Source of the DNA: Fimicolochytrium jonesii
Lineage: Eukaryota
Reading direction: 5' to 3'
Assembly (NCBI RefSeq): GCF_025526975.1
Contig: NW_026515671.1
Span: 930,001-994,000, forward strand
DNA: 64,000 nucleotides
Positions 1-11,700 of the stretch are shown here, piece after piece. The stretch's first letter is position 1, and each line of letters begins with the position of its first letter. Under the pieces are notes generated by a model. That model was not told where the DNA came from and searched no databases. It saw only the letters and a program-made list of their open reading frames with translations. The translations under genes were made by a program, and so were the position numbers.

Positions 1-854
1 TCCACACCTCTGTCCGCACGGTACGTATATAGCCTTGCAGGGAGGTCGAAGGTGCACAGTTCTATATGCCTCAAAAAAGCATCTGAGGGTACATGGATGA
101 CGGTCACTTGACGCCCCAATCTGACGCCTGTTTTGGGCTTCCGCGTCATTTGCGCCAATGTCCAGACATCCAGACTTCATACTACCGGCTCCCTTCTACC
201 TTACGTTTATTGTGTATGGAATTCCACTGCTTAAAAGCGTTTTGATGCGGGGGACAAATGGGAAGCCGGCGGTGGTGCCTGGTGCCTGGTGCTCCCCGCC
301 CAGTCAGCCTCGATTATGTAAGCTGCATTTATTTATTTTTAGCGTTTTTGCGGCCACTGGTTAAGGGTTAAGGTAGTTAAGCTGTTCATCGGTCTTTCCT
401 TTCCGCTTCCCCTACTGTTTGAGGTTGCATGCAAAATCTCGCAGTCCTCGTCTTCTGTAGATCTAACACTACGTTACCCATAGGACCGGTAATAGTACGC
501 ACGACAGCTGGTTGGACCAGCAGACCAACGTCGTACGTACGTCCTTGTTTCAGTTTTTATCCAGCAGGGCAGCCACCCGCGGGGTTACAGCAACCAAGCC
601 TCTGCCACTGTTTTCCTGGGCAAAGTCATTCCGGTAAGCGCATACTTTCGATAGGCAAAGCTATCCGGCAAGGGGAGTTCCAGGGCTACCACTTCTCGCA
701 GAACTTCTGGAAAAGTTTTTGAAAATCTCGACTTCTCCACCGTATAACATTTCTTAAACCGTTCATTCATTCTCTTACCTTGGACACTTGCTAGAAATTG
801 CGCCAGACTGCCCCTTCAAACCTACACCAACTCAGCGGCAACAAATCGCCTCTC

Positions 855-3558
855 ATGGCCGCAACTTACGCAACCGATATAATTGGAAACTACAGTGGTG
901 GGGACGAGAATATGCCCGCGGAGCAGAATGGGCGGGCCGCCAGCCGTCGGAACCGGCAGGAGACCGTACCCTCCACAATATACGCCTCAGGGTTGGCAAA
1001 GGCTGCTGTGATTGCTGCCCAGAATGGCCTACCTCTTGGGAACGGGGCAGACAGGCGGTACTCGGTTGCGGCGTTGTGGTCGATGGCCGCGGAAAACGAC
1101 GTGGAGGTTGACGACGAGCTGACGCAAGCTCAGCGACGGTTGAAGGATCTGAAGACCAAGATCTCCGCACAGTCGAAGAAGAACTTCCTGCTGGAACGGG
1201 ATGTTCGATTCCTCGACAGTCGGATCGCTCTCTTGATTCAAAACCGCATGGCGTTAGACGAGCAACAGGAGGTTGCTAGTCATTTGGAGGAGCTGGACAC
1301 AACAGAAGGACACCTGCTGCCAGATGAGCGCAAACGCCAGCTGTACGGGAACCTCTTCTTCCTGCTGCAAAACGAACCCCGCCACATTGCCGCTCTAGCG
1401 CGGTTGGTCAGTCTCTCCGAAATCGATACCCTCCTCCAGACTGTCATGTTCACCCTGTACGGAAACCAGTACGACTCGCGAGAAGAGTACCTGTTGCTCT
1501 CCATGTTCCAAAATGTTCTGTCATCCCAGTTCGACGCTGCGACAGATTTCGGAAGTCTTCTACGCGCCAACACCCCCGTATCCCGGATGTTGACCACGTA
1601 TACACGGAGAGGGCCGGGGCAGACATACCTGAAGCACGTCCTGTCAGCGCGGATCAACAAGCTAATTGAGATGCAGGATTTGGACCTGGAGATCAACCCT
1701 CTGAAAGTTTACGAGCGAATGATCGAGCAAATCGAGACGGCCACGGGCAAGCCCAGTGACCTGCCGAAATCGATCTCCCCTGAGGAGGCGTCCCAGCATC
1801 CCGATGTTCAGGCTATCATCGCACCGCGCTTGGTCACGTTGATGGAAATCGCCGAGTCATTCCTGACAACCATAATGGGATCCCTGGACCAGGTCCCATA
1901 CGGAATCAGGTGGATCTGCAAGCAGATTCGGTCGTTGACCAAGGTATGTCGCATTCGTGCCAGCAGTAATGAGAAGCAGGGCACAACAAACCTAATCCAT
2001 TTCACTTCATAGCGGAAATATCCCGACGCCTCCGACCTGCAAATATGTTCTCTCATTGGAGGGTTCTTCTTCCTCCGCTTCATTAACCCTGCAATAGTGA
2101 CACCACAAGCCTACATGCTTGTTGAGGGCAACCCCGCCCAAAGCCCCCGCCGCACTCTCACTCTCATCGCCAAAATGCTGCAAAACCTCGCGAACAAGCC
2201 AACGTATTCCAAGGAAGTTTACATGATGTCCCTGAATCCGTTTGTGGAGCAGCACAAGCAGAGGATAAATCGCTTCCTGAACGAATTATGCGAGGTTGGA
2301 GACTTTTACGAGTCTTTGGAGGTTAGTATCGCTTGAAATTCCTCAATGATCTGGTTAGAACTTGCTCCTAACTCATTCTCTGCAGATGGACCAATACATT
2401 GCATTATCAAAGAAGGACATCACGCTGAACATCTCGCTTAACGAATTGTACAATACCCACTCTCTATTGATGCAACACATGGATGTCTTGGTATGTTGCG
2501 GGCCCCCGTCATGTCGCAGGAAATCCAAGCTCAATGAACGGTCTCCTTCTTCATAGGCTGCCGCCGACAAGCACCACCTTCGCATCTGTCTCCAAGACCT
2601 CGGTTCAGCACCCGCCCAGGTTCCTCGTGCTGAGAACAAAACCGTCGAGCTTCCGATTTTCTCAAGATGGGAGCAGCCAATCCCGGACTTCCCCTCGGCC
2701 ATCGCAGACAGCGAGTTGACATCCAGCGATATCATGTACATGGACACCAAGGCATTATACGTTCAGATCATTCGTACCATGCCTGGATTGTCATCTGCAG
2801 TGGTCAAAGCGGGCAACAAAGGCAGTGCGGCATTCAACTTGGCGCGCGTTGCCGAGAGTGCGGCGACCTCCCGTGACCCCACCCTGGTCAAGAAGGGCAT
2901 CAAGGTCCGGGAGATGCTCTACCAGTTGGACGAGGTTATGCCAGCGGAGCAGAGGCAGAACCCGAACCGGTACGCTCTGATGTGCGACGAAATCCGACAG
3001 GAGCTCGTGCACCTCGGAAACCTGAGAGAGAAGGTCGACAAGGAGATCGGATCTTTGGAGTTAGTCTTCAAGACCATAATCGATCACAACAACTACCTCC
3101 GATCACAGTTGGAGAGCTACAAGGCGTACCTCCAGAACGTCCGCATCAAGTCAGGGGTCACCGGCTCCAAGTCATCGAAGGCTCAGGTGCAAGGCCCGTT
3201 CAAGTTCACACACGCCCACCTGGAAAAGGACGGCATCATTGTGGAAAGCAACGTTCCTGACAACAGGAGGTCCAATATCTTCTTCAACATTCTGTCGCCA
3301 CTGCCAGGGACATTCATTATCGCGCTCCATTATAAAGGTGCGTTGTCTTGACTCCTACTCTCTACTCTCTTGAGCATTCTGACTTACTTCCGTAAACCTT
3401 GTTTAGGACGCGAAAAAGCCATTCTCGAGATGGATCTCAAACTGGACGACCTGCTCGAGAAGCAGCAGCTGGGTGTGACTCTCCTGGACCTCGAATACGT
3501 CCAACTCAGTGTCAACAAGACCCTGGCTCTTCTCAACAAGACTTTCTTGAAGCGTTAA
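855..3558 (+). CDS. Ras GTPase-activating protein (Gap1/IQGAP-related RasGAP + RasGAP_C), 5 exons: 855-1943, 2013-2321, 2386-2490, 2557-3337, 3407-3558
   Basis: Motifs LLRANTPVSRM, GGFFFLRFINPAIVTP and RRTLTLIAKMLQNLAN; four GT-AG introns (1944-2012, 2322-2385, 2491-2556, 3338-3406) join the ORF pieces in frame. Confidence 0.92.
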
Positions 3559-3956
3559 TTACGCTTAGCTAGAAGGACGTTCCCTCTTCTCAACCCACCG
3601 CCGGACGTTGGTTGATTTGACTCTGCTCTTTATCTAGACACTAGACATTCATCACTCTCCTCCCAAACCGTTTCTTCCACTCTCCCCTTGTATAGTCATC
3701 AGTCATTATCCGTATCTTCATGTTTTCCCAGTTACCTTAGCAAGTAATTCTAGAGTGTTCGTTTATTCAAAAGAATATCTGACCACTGTAAAGTCCCTGA
3801 ATCGCTTTATCTGGACTCTGAATACTGCGCCCCCTGTGGAGAGAAGTACATGTTACAGGAGGACACAGTGCGCCACGTGCGGTACGCAGCTCTCCGTCCA
3901 CGAGGACATGGCGCACCCCTTTCAGCCGAAGGAGGATTTCCAGTTGGGCACTTTCT

Positions 3957-4351
3957 GGACCCTGGCCAACCCGTCCGGGTCGGGTCGGGCTTTGGCCGGC
4001 CCGGTGCCCGACCCGGCTGGGCCCGGCCCATGTACGGGTTTGCCGGGTCGGGTCACTTCGACAGGGTTTGACGGGCAAAGTGTCAAATTTCACTGAACTC
4101 TGGGTACTCCGCAAAATCATGGATGGTCCTAGAGACGCTTCCTGAGAAAGATCATCCATCCTGGATGGTAGGGTGATGGTGCAAAGGTCAGGGTTGTCAC
4201 TTGGGTTTCTCGATGGTTCGGGAAGGGGTGCAGCCCATATGATAGGCAACCCGCCGGGCCGATGGGCCATGTCAAGGATGACCCGTAGCGCGACCCGGCC
4301 GGGCCGGCCCGCGGGTCGCCCGGGTCGGGTCACGTAAGGGTTGGATCCCTA
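3957..4351. repeat. GC-rich element with clustered ACCCG/CGGGT motifs at both ends; possible non-autonomous hAT-like remnant
   Basis: Many CCGGGTCGGG/CGACCCGG motifs at 3970-4070 and 4250-4335; right end reads TAGGGATCCAAC on the minus strand; only 7 bp of terminal inverted match and no clear TSD. Confidence 0.35.
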
Positions 4352-4825
4352 GGCGTGTTGATGGAATTACGGATGACTCGCGTTTCGAAAGTGATGGGGG
4401 CAACAATCAGTCACAGGCAGCCCCAGCCTGATAAAAGTTGATAACGGGAGATTGGGAGTGCAAGGGCGAGAATGGGTGGCTTGGCTTGGGCTGGCTGCGC
4501 TGACTCACGGCGACTCACGCACCACTCATGCAAGGGGGTTGCTTATCGTTGACAAACAACTGTGAGTTCTCCTCACGCTTAACATCTTCCTCACCAGCAA
4601 CCGAACCCTCGGCGTTTTACATTATTGGGAGGCAATGCATGCTTCGTACGCTGCTGCTGCTCGTTCGGCAATAGGTTCACCCAATCCGCAACCTGCCCTT
4701 TCGGTATCGCGAAACAGGTTCGGCAGTTGAGTTGACAATCTCTTCACTGCCATAGTACATATTGTTCCACTCCTAGGCCAACGAAGGAGGATGATTTTCA
4801 GCCATCTATCATCAAAAGATGGCAG

Positions 4826-5173
4826 ATGACGGATTTTACGAATATAATCCCTGTGTCAAAATACTGGAACAGTCAGGACCAGCAAGATTCGCGACTTCCA
4901 CTGGATACTATGAACTCAAACCACTCAGTTGCCATGAGCCATGTGGGGATTCATAAAAGATTCACTGACAAAGTACCAGGATCCACTTTGATCGGCTGTA
5001 GTTGGCATGCGGCCTGCAAGATGTCTATTGATTCAAAGTCAGCTTTTCTGATCGACATCGGAATCAACAAGAGGGCACTGAAAGGGACGTCCAGCCCACG
5101 AAACGGAGGGAAGCGCCATCTACTTCAGTATGTCGATGGTATAATCAAGATCAAACTGGTAATGGATTGCTGA
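4826..5173 (+). pseudogene. Possible degraded hAT-like transposase fragment
   Basis: MSHVGIHKRFTDKVPGSTLIGCSWH resembles the hAT 'M.G...G....L....P......C..H' segment; short and decayed. Confidence 0.3.
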
Positions 5174-5446
5174 AAGATTACGTACCATTTCGATCTTTTT
5201 TTATTGACATGTGTGACCAGTCTAGATCGTCCAAATATTAACTAATGAATGACGAAACTTACCGAGATTGCTTAGATGACATTTCCCAGAAGCATATGTT
5301 TCGAGAGACATATATACTTCTTTTGAGGTGAGGTGATAAGCGTGTATACAGGCAATAATTTTGGATTTAATTGACGAACGCCTTCAATGCAGGAAGCAAT
5401 ATCCTGACTATTTCGCGAGTGTTAAGTTCAACATTCGGCAGAAAAA

Positions 5447-6196
5447 TGTTATGGACGACGTGCCCATACCATAATCTTACCTACTGAGAGCTGCCATTGT
5501 CAAATGCCAATATCAAACGCCAATGTCAAACGCCAATGTCAATGTCAATGTCAATGTCAATGCCAATGTCAATGCCAATGTCAATGCCACTCCGCCACTC
5601 TTGTAAGAGGAACACACACATTTTGGCTTAGTGGTTAAGACACCTAGCTCTCACCCAGGTGGCGTGGGTTCGATTCCTACCTTCCCCAAACATTTTTCTC
5701 TTCTTTCTGTGACTGTACCACCTCTCCAGGGCGTTCCGAGCAATCGGGACGATTCCCTTGACATCTCTCCTCTCATTTTGCCAATCCTCCCGCAATATCG
5801 CCACTCCTCCTCTCCCCTCTCATTTCGCCAATCCCTCATTCGCCGCTCCTCCTCTACCCTGTCCATCTGTGAGCCAATCTCCGGCCATTTGTCGACCCCC
5901 CCAGTACTTCTCCACAGCCAGCAGCTGTAGCTTCCTCTCTACGCCTGCTACGCTCGCTCTAGGCTAGGGAGCAGAGCTGGCACTCACTAAGTCCCCTCTT
6001 GTTGTTGTCTTTGGTCTGCTGGGTTGTTTATCCATAAATAGCCGCCCCCTCTTTGTCCATTCCCTTCCTCCCCAGCAGATCAACACCAGTTCTTCTCGTC
6101 TCTTGTTCTAGTCCTTGTCTCTTGTTTCGCCAATACAATCTCTTGTCGCCCATCGCTCTCGCCTTGTCTTCCGCCTCAGTCGTCGAGATCGTAACA
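5447..6196 (+). mobile_element. Solo LTR of family A (related to LTRs 28954-29492 and 34457-34994)
   Basis: TGTTA...TAACA termini, 5-bp TSD AAAAA (5442-5446 / 6197-6201), AATGTC microsatellite, colinear with the family A LTRs. Confidence 0.9.
5602..5763 (+). mobile_element. 162-bp TG..CA insert containing a tRNA-Glu(CTC)-derived sequence
   Basis: Absent from the other two family A LTRs; TGT...ACA ends; flanks ACTCT/TCTCT; A box 5624-5634, anticodon arm 5643-5659, B box 5667-5677, T5 run at 5693. Confidence 0.7.
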
Positions 6197-6798
6197 AAAA
6201 AAGCCTTTGTGCAGATATGCGGTAAAGATGCTGCGTCCACTCCTTACGATTTGTCAAATGCTTCTCAACGTGAAGTTGCAGGACTCCGTATCACTGAGCA
6301 TTTGATCCCGAGTTCCCAGTACAGAAGACTTACATCATATCACGACCGAGATTTGATTGAAGCTGTCAGACTGCTGCCTAATCCCGATTTTCAGACAATC
6401 ATAGAAGCTCTGACAGCCATGGATATATTCTAGAAGGGTTTATAGTATCTCACTCTAAAATATATTCCTCCCAATCTTTGCCCTTTATCTGCGTTATCCC
6501 CAGTCGATCCACGCTTTCCTTCGCTCTTCTTTGTATCTCTATCAGCGCTTCATCAGGATCCTTTGACAAGGAGCTATCTTTCTCAAAAGGGACTTTCCTA
6601 GCATCTAAGGATAGCATTTCTAAGCGCTGAAGTAGTAACCTTCCCATTGTTTCTATACAGGAGTCAGGCATACTTAAAACAAGGCTTTTTAAAAACATTC
6701 CTTTCTTACCCTTAAATGTTTTTTCTGACAACGCTAACCGCAAAAATTTGCTTGGAACCTCAGTCAAAACCTCGCGCAAACTCCTATCAAGCGAAGTA

Positions 6799-7073
6799 TG
6801 TAAGGTCAGAGGAAACGTAGACGATATTGGGCCCTTCCGAGAGGGCTGAGAGCAGTGTATTGTAGTGAAGAAAAAAGTAGGAAGCTCTTTGCAGCGGCCG
6901 CTTGACTGACAGCTTTATATATGGGCTGCCAGTGGGGCTTGCGTGGCTTCAGTGAGGCTTGGCGCCTTATGTCATGTATCACCGAGAGCTCGGGTGGCCA
7001 GCCCGGGTCTCGGATCAAGGAGAAGTAAAGAGATATAATATGAAATACAAGTGAAGATGAGATATCACCGACA
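6799..7073 (-). mobile_element. LTR family B, solo copy 1 (truncates the family C 3' LTR)
   Basis: TGT...ACA; near-identical to 17515-17791 and to the reverse complement of 25656-25930 and 36088-36362; no TSD. Confidence 0.9.
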
Positions 7074-7447
7074 CCCGGGGCGCCGCCCGAAGGCTTTTCT
7101 TCCCTTTGGGAGTCACCCCAGAGCGTAGGACTCCAATATAATTTATGCTACACGTGATCTCATGCCCTACACGCTTCCCCGCCCTATGGTGACACCTGCA
7201 GCACCTCATTACAACCCCCTTAGAGCCAAGTGTCACTCCGACACCGACCGCACCTGTCAGTCGCTCCCCGCTGTTACTTGATGTTTAGCTGACACAGGTG
7301 TCGGCCATGAGGAGTGCGCATGGCTCTACTGGAGCGGCTGGCGTCACTGGTGGTCACCACGATGGCAATCAGATCCACGCCGGTATGAGGTAGAGATGGT
7401 TCGGCCGCAGCTGGTCGTGGGGCGCTATGGTCCTTGTCCATGCGGCA

Positions 7448-7455
7448 TATAAAAG
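7448..7455 (+). promoter_or_regulatory. Candidate TATA box of the antisense RING-like gene
   Basis: TATAAAAG 107 nt upstream of ATG 7555, followed by a pyrimidine-rich leader and CACCATGG start context. Confidence 0.55.
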
Positions 7456-7554
7456 GGAGGCAGTAGTCCCCTCAGCACCTTCCCGCCAGTCCTCGGACTT
7501 ACATTTCTTGCTCCCAATCTCGTAACCCCTCACCGTCGCCGTTCCTCTCTCACC

Positions 7555-8313
7555 ATGGCCAGCGTAGCTCCTCCTGCCAAGCCCACCGCCGCCGGCCCGT
7601 CATCGGGCAAGAAGAAAGTAGGCGAGGGCCCCACCAAAGGAGACAGCCTGAAGAAGGCTCTCAAACGACAGCGAGTGGTGAGTCCACGGAGGGCGCCCAA
7701 TTGACCGATCTTACGTGGTTTGACCAATTTTATCTCAGGACGCCACCGAGGTGCACTCGGACAGTGCCCCTGAGCCCCCGGCTCTACCGGCCCGACCTAC
7801 GCGTTGGAACTGCAACACGTACCGCCCCCGCAAGATGTTCCTCTCGGCGTGCCAGCACGTTATATGCCGGCCTTGCATCCTCCCGCTCTGTGATGACACC
7901 GTAAGGAACCGCATGTTATGGGTGGTTCCCGCAAGGTGACTGACAGCTCACATCTCTTCCCAACAGACCAACACGCCCGTCGGGGAGTTCACGTGCGGCT
8001 ACGTTGACGGTTTCGGGGAGGAGTGTGAAGCGCCGCTCTTCTGCCAGGCGCTACCCTGCACCTGTGTGTGGCCCGACTGCGATTGTCTGACCCAGGACGT
8101 GCAGGTCTTCCCCTGCGACCACATCCAGTGTATGGGGCATGTCCGCGCGTAAGTACAACAGTCGTGAACTTTTGACAGGTTCCGATGTTGACTTGACGCG
8201 TTCCCTTTAGCCAGATGAACGTCCAGCAGTTCGTCCCGCTGCGTTGTGGCATGGGGACCGCCTGCCACGGCACACGTTGCCAATGGTCTTTCGCCAAACA
8301 GGCTGGTATTTAG
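7555..8313 (+). CDS. 189-aa Cys-rich tandem RING-like zinc-finger protein, 4 exons (7555-7677, 7739-7900, 7967-8148, 8211-8313), antisense within the chromovirus 3' region
   Basis: Introns of 61, 66 and 62 nt with donors GTGAGT, GTAAGG and GTAAGT and CAG/CAG/TAG acceptors splice into one stop-free ORF; motifs CQHVICRPC and CDHIQCMGH; basic N-terminus. Confidence 0.8.
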
Positions 8314-8404
8314 CCTGGCATCGTCGTTCTTCTTTCTTGTATATATATTTTGTTGAATTTGATCTCTTCGGAGCGTTTCCCTTGGGTACTTCACCGATCG
8401 TCCT

Positions 8405-8710
8405 GAGCCCTGGTGCCTCGCACCCGCTCGCATAGGCCCTGGTACCTCGTACCCGCCCGCATCTTAGGCCTTGGTATTGCATACCCGCCCGCATGAGCCC
8501 CGACACCTCGCTTGCCCGCTCGCATAGGCCCTGGTACCTCGTACCCGCCCGCATCGTAGGCATTGTTATTGCATACCCGCCCGCATGAGCCCTGACACCT
8601 CGCTTGCCCGCTCGCATGGCCCTGGTACCTTGTACCCGCCCGCATCATAGGCCCTGTTACTTCGTACCCGCCTGCATCATAGGCCTTGGTACTAGTACCC
8701 GCCCGCATGA
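8405..8710. repeat. Tandem array of about 10 degenerate ~30-bp units (GGCCCTGGTACCTCGTACCCGCCCGCAT-like)
   Basis: Core CCCGC(C/T)CGCAT recurs every ~28-33 bp between the RING-like gene stop and the end of pol. Confidence 0.9.
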
Positions 8711-11700
8711 GTCCGTAATGGTAATGATCATTTCGGACAGTAGAAACTCTGTTTTGATGTATGTACAAGGTTCCAGATACGTTTACGACGACGAGAGACT
8801 GCCGCTCCTCTTCGCCTTGGTCTCCCAAGTCTCCTGGCGTTTGACGGCTTGCTTTCGGACATATCGCTTGTGGGCCGAGGTGTTACAGACGTGTCGGAGT
8901 GGCTCCCAGTGTTCTGGGACACGTCGAAGCCGGCCCATCTGACCAGGAACATCTCGGTGTTGCGTACCCACTTGGAATCGAGGATGTCTTCAACTCGGTG
9001 TTCGAGTTTGCCGTTGACTTCCTGGGGGGGTGGCGCGTCCACTTTTTGGTATGGGCCGTTCTCCGGAGGGTTGTACCCGCGTAGGATGTTGACATGGAAC
9101 ACCGGGTGTAGTCCACTGAACTCGTGGGAGAGCTCCAGCTTGTAGGTGTCCGGGTGGGGCCCTTTTCCGCTGACGGTGAAGGGCCCGATCCACAGCGCGG
9201 GCAGCTTCTTGTTTCGGGCCGAGATACTCTTGATCTGAATGCCTTCGCGGTTCAGCAGGACCTGGTCGCCTACTACAAACGCATCCGTATTCTTGTTTTT
9301 GTCGTAGTATCTTGCCTGCCTGTCCTGGGCCTCTCGGAGTCTGTGCTGAACAATGCGGCTCACCTCGGTCAGTTGCTGCATGCGCTCCTCAATGCACTTT
9401 CGATCGGCCTGTTTCAGTTGCTCTGTTGGGTCGCTGGTACCCCATTGGTCTGGTACCTTTGGGATGTACCCGATGTCGATCTCGTACGGTGACATGCCCG
9501 TGGAGGTCTGGGACGTCCTGTTGTAGGTGTACTCAAGGAGGGAAGCATCTCGCGCCAGTTCGAGCCGGTGTAGTTCAGGTAGGGGACCATCATCTTCTTG
9601 ATTGTCTTGATGACATTCTCCGTCTTGCCGTCGGTCTGTTGGTGTCGTTCCGACGAGAGTTCCTGCTCTACGCCGGCGCACTTCAGGAGGTTCTTCCAAA
9701 AGGCGCCGGTCCATTGGTGTCCCAATCGCTGATGATCGTGTGGGGCATGCCCGTGATGCGGAAGGCCTGGTCAAAGAACAGCTGGGCGAGTTCCTTTGCC
9801 GTTGCCTTGGCATGGGTCTCGAGGAGGATTACGCGGCTGGATAAGTAGTCCACCAGGATGAGGACGGCTCCCTTGTCCATGACGGACTCGTCTCCCGCTT
9901 CGCCCCCCTTAGATTTTGTCATGGGGAAGTAGATGTCCAAGCCGACGCAACGCCAGCGCTCGTCGGGGACCGGAATGCTGCGTAGGAGCCCGAAGTTGGA
10001 AGCCTGCTTGTTGCGTTGGCAGTCGGGACAAGTCCGGACGTACTGGTGGACCTCGCGCTTGAGGAGGGGCCAGTAGTAGAGCGCGAGGAGTTTGGCGCCG
10101 GTGCGCTGGACACCTGAGTGGCCGCCGTTGGCCAGGGAGTCATGATAGAACCTGAGGAGGGGGCCCCGAAGGCCCTCGGGGACGGAGCAGCGGCCATGCT
10201 ACAAAACAAAGCCGCGGTCGTCACGCGTGAGGCGGCGCGCAAAACCCGAGAGGGTAGAGGGGTCATCAGGGTTTGTCATGGTGGTCTGCAGGTGGGCGAG
10301 GGTGTCCTTGCAGAACATGTCATCGCCAAGTGCAGTGAGCCACTTGGTGTCGGTAGGGAGGCGGCCGGTGATGTCCGGTAGAGGTGTCCCGGTGACAATG
10401 GAGAACACTTCGACGTTCATCTGACAGCTGGCGCACTTCGGGGCGTACCGTGGTGTGCGGCTGAGTATGTCGGCGATGTGATTGAACTCGCCGGGGAGGT
10501 ATTCGATAGTGAAGTCGTAGTCCTGAAGGAACTCCACCCATCCGGCCTGGCGCCGGGAGAGATGAGGCTGATTCTGGAGGTATATGAGGGATTCATGGTC
10601 GACGAATGCACGGAATTGGCGACCGATGAGGTGATGGCGGTTAGCGCGGATCACTTTGTTCAACGCGAGGAGCTCCTGTTAGTGCACCGGGTATCGGGTG
10701 TCGGCCGGAGCCATTTTGCGTGAGTAATATGAGATGACGCGGAGGCGCGGAAGGTTATTGGGGCCCTTTTTCATGGTGGGCAGTGGGTTCAGCATGGGAA
10801 AGTCGCCGTCCGTGCCCTGACGATCCAGCCATGAGAAGACGTAGGGGAACTTATCGGGGTCGAAGAACGCCCGGCAAGGGGCATCGGCGACGAGCGCCTT
10901 GATGGTGTTGAAGGCTGCTTGTTCCTTGGCGCCCACTGCCACGGGCGGGTGCCGGATTGAAGGTTGGTCAGTGGGAGGGCTGTGTCAGTATAATGCGGAA
11001 TGTATTCCTTGACATAGTTGACTAGCCCCATGAAGGAGAGGAGCTCGAGGGCGCTGGTGGGTTCGGGTCGAGCGCGGACAGCCTTGACCTTGAACGGGGC
11101 GATGGAAAGGCCATCCTTACCCACCATGTGCCCGCAGAACTGACCTGGTCCACTGCCCACTGACATTTGGATGGTTTACCGTGAAGGCCGTGAGCCGAGA
11201 GGGTCTTGAGCACATCAGTGACATGCCCGATGTGGGTCCATGTCGGTGCTGAAAATAAGGATGTCATCGAGGTAAGAGATGAGGTATGAATCGTACTTGT
11301 CACCCAGGAGTTTGTTCATGAGGCGTTGGAACGTCGCGGGGGCGTTCGTCAGCCCGAAGGGCAGTACGTTGTACTGGAAGTGGCCGAAGCGCGTCTGGAA
11401 GGCAGTCTTCTCATGGTCTTCCTCCCGCATGAGGATGCAGTGGTAGGCATCGCGGATGTCGATAGCGGTGAAGACCTTCATGCCGACGAGGCGGTCCCGA
11501 AGGTCGTTGAGGTTTGGGAGGGGCGTGGCGTCCTTATGGGTCATCTTGTTGAGGGCCCCGGTAGTCGATGCAGCAGCGGAGGCCACCGTCCTTCTTTGGG
11601 GCAAACAGTATGGGTGCCCCCCAGGGGCTCTTAAAGTGGGAGATCCACCCGCGGGATGATAGGCGCTCGAGTTGCTGCCGTAGCTCGTCGAGTTCGTCGG

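Noticed and set aside
5622..5690. Functional tRNA-Glu gene
   Set aside because: No pairable acceptor stem and a mismatch in the anticodon stem; treated as tRNA-derived sequence
6806..7018. Recurrent 70-aa ORF 'DPGWPPELSVIHDIRRQ' in several places
   Set aside because: Recurs only because it lies in LTR B copies; no ATG start or coding evidence
8405..8710. CRISPR-like array
   Set aside because: Degenerate head-to-tail units without unique spacers, eukaryotic context, no cas genes
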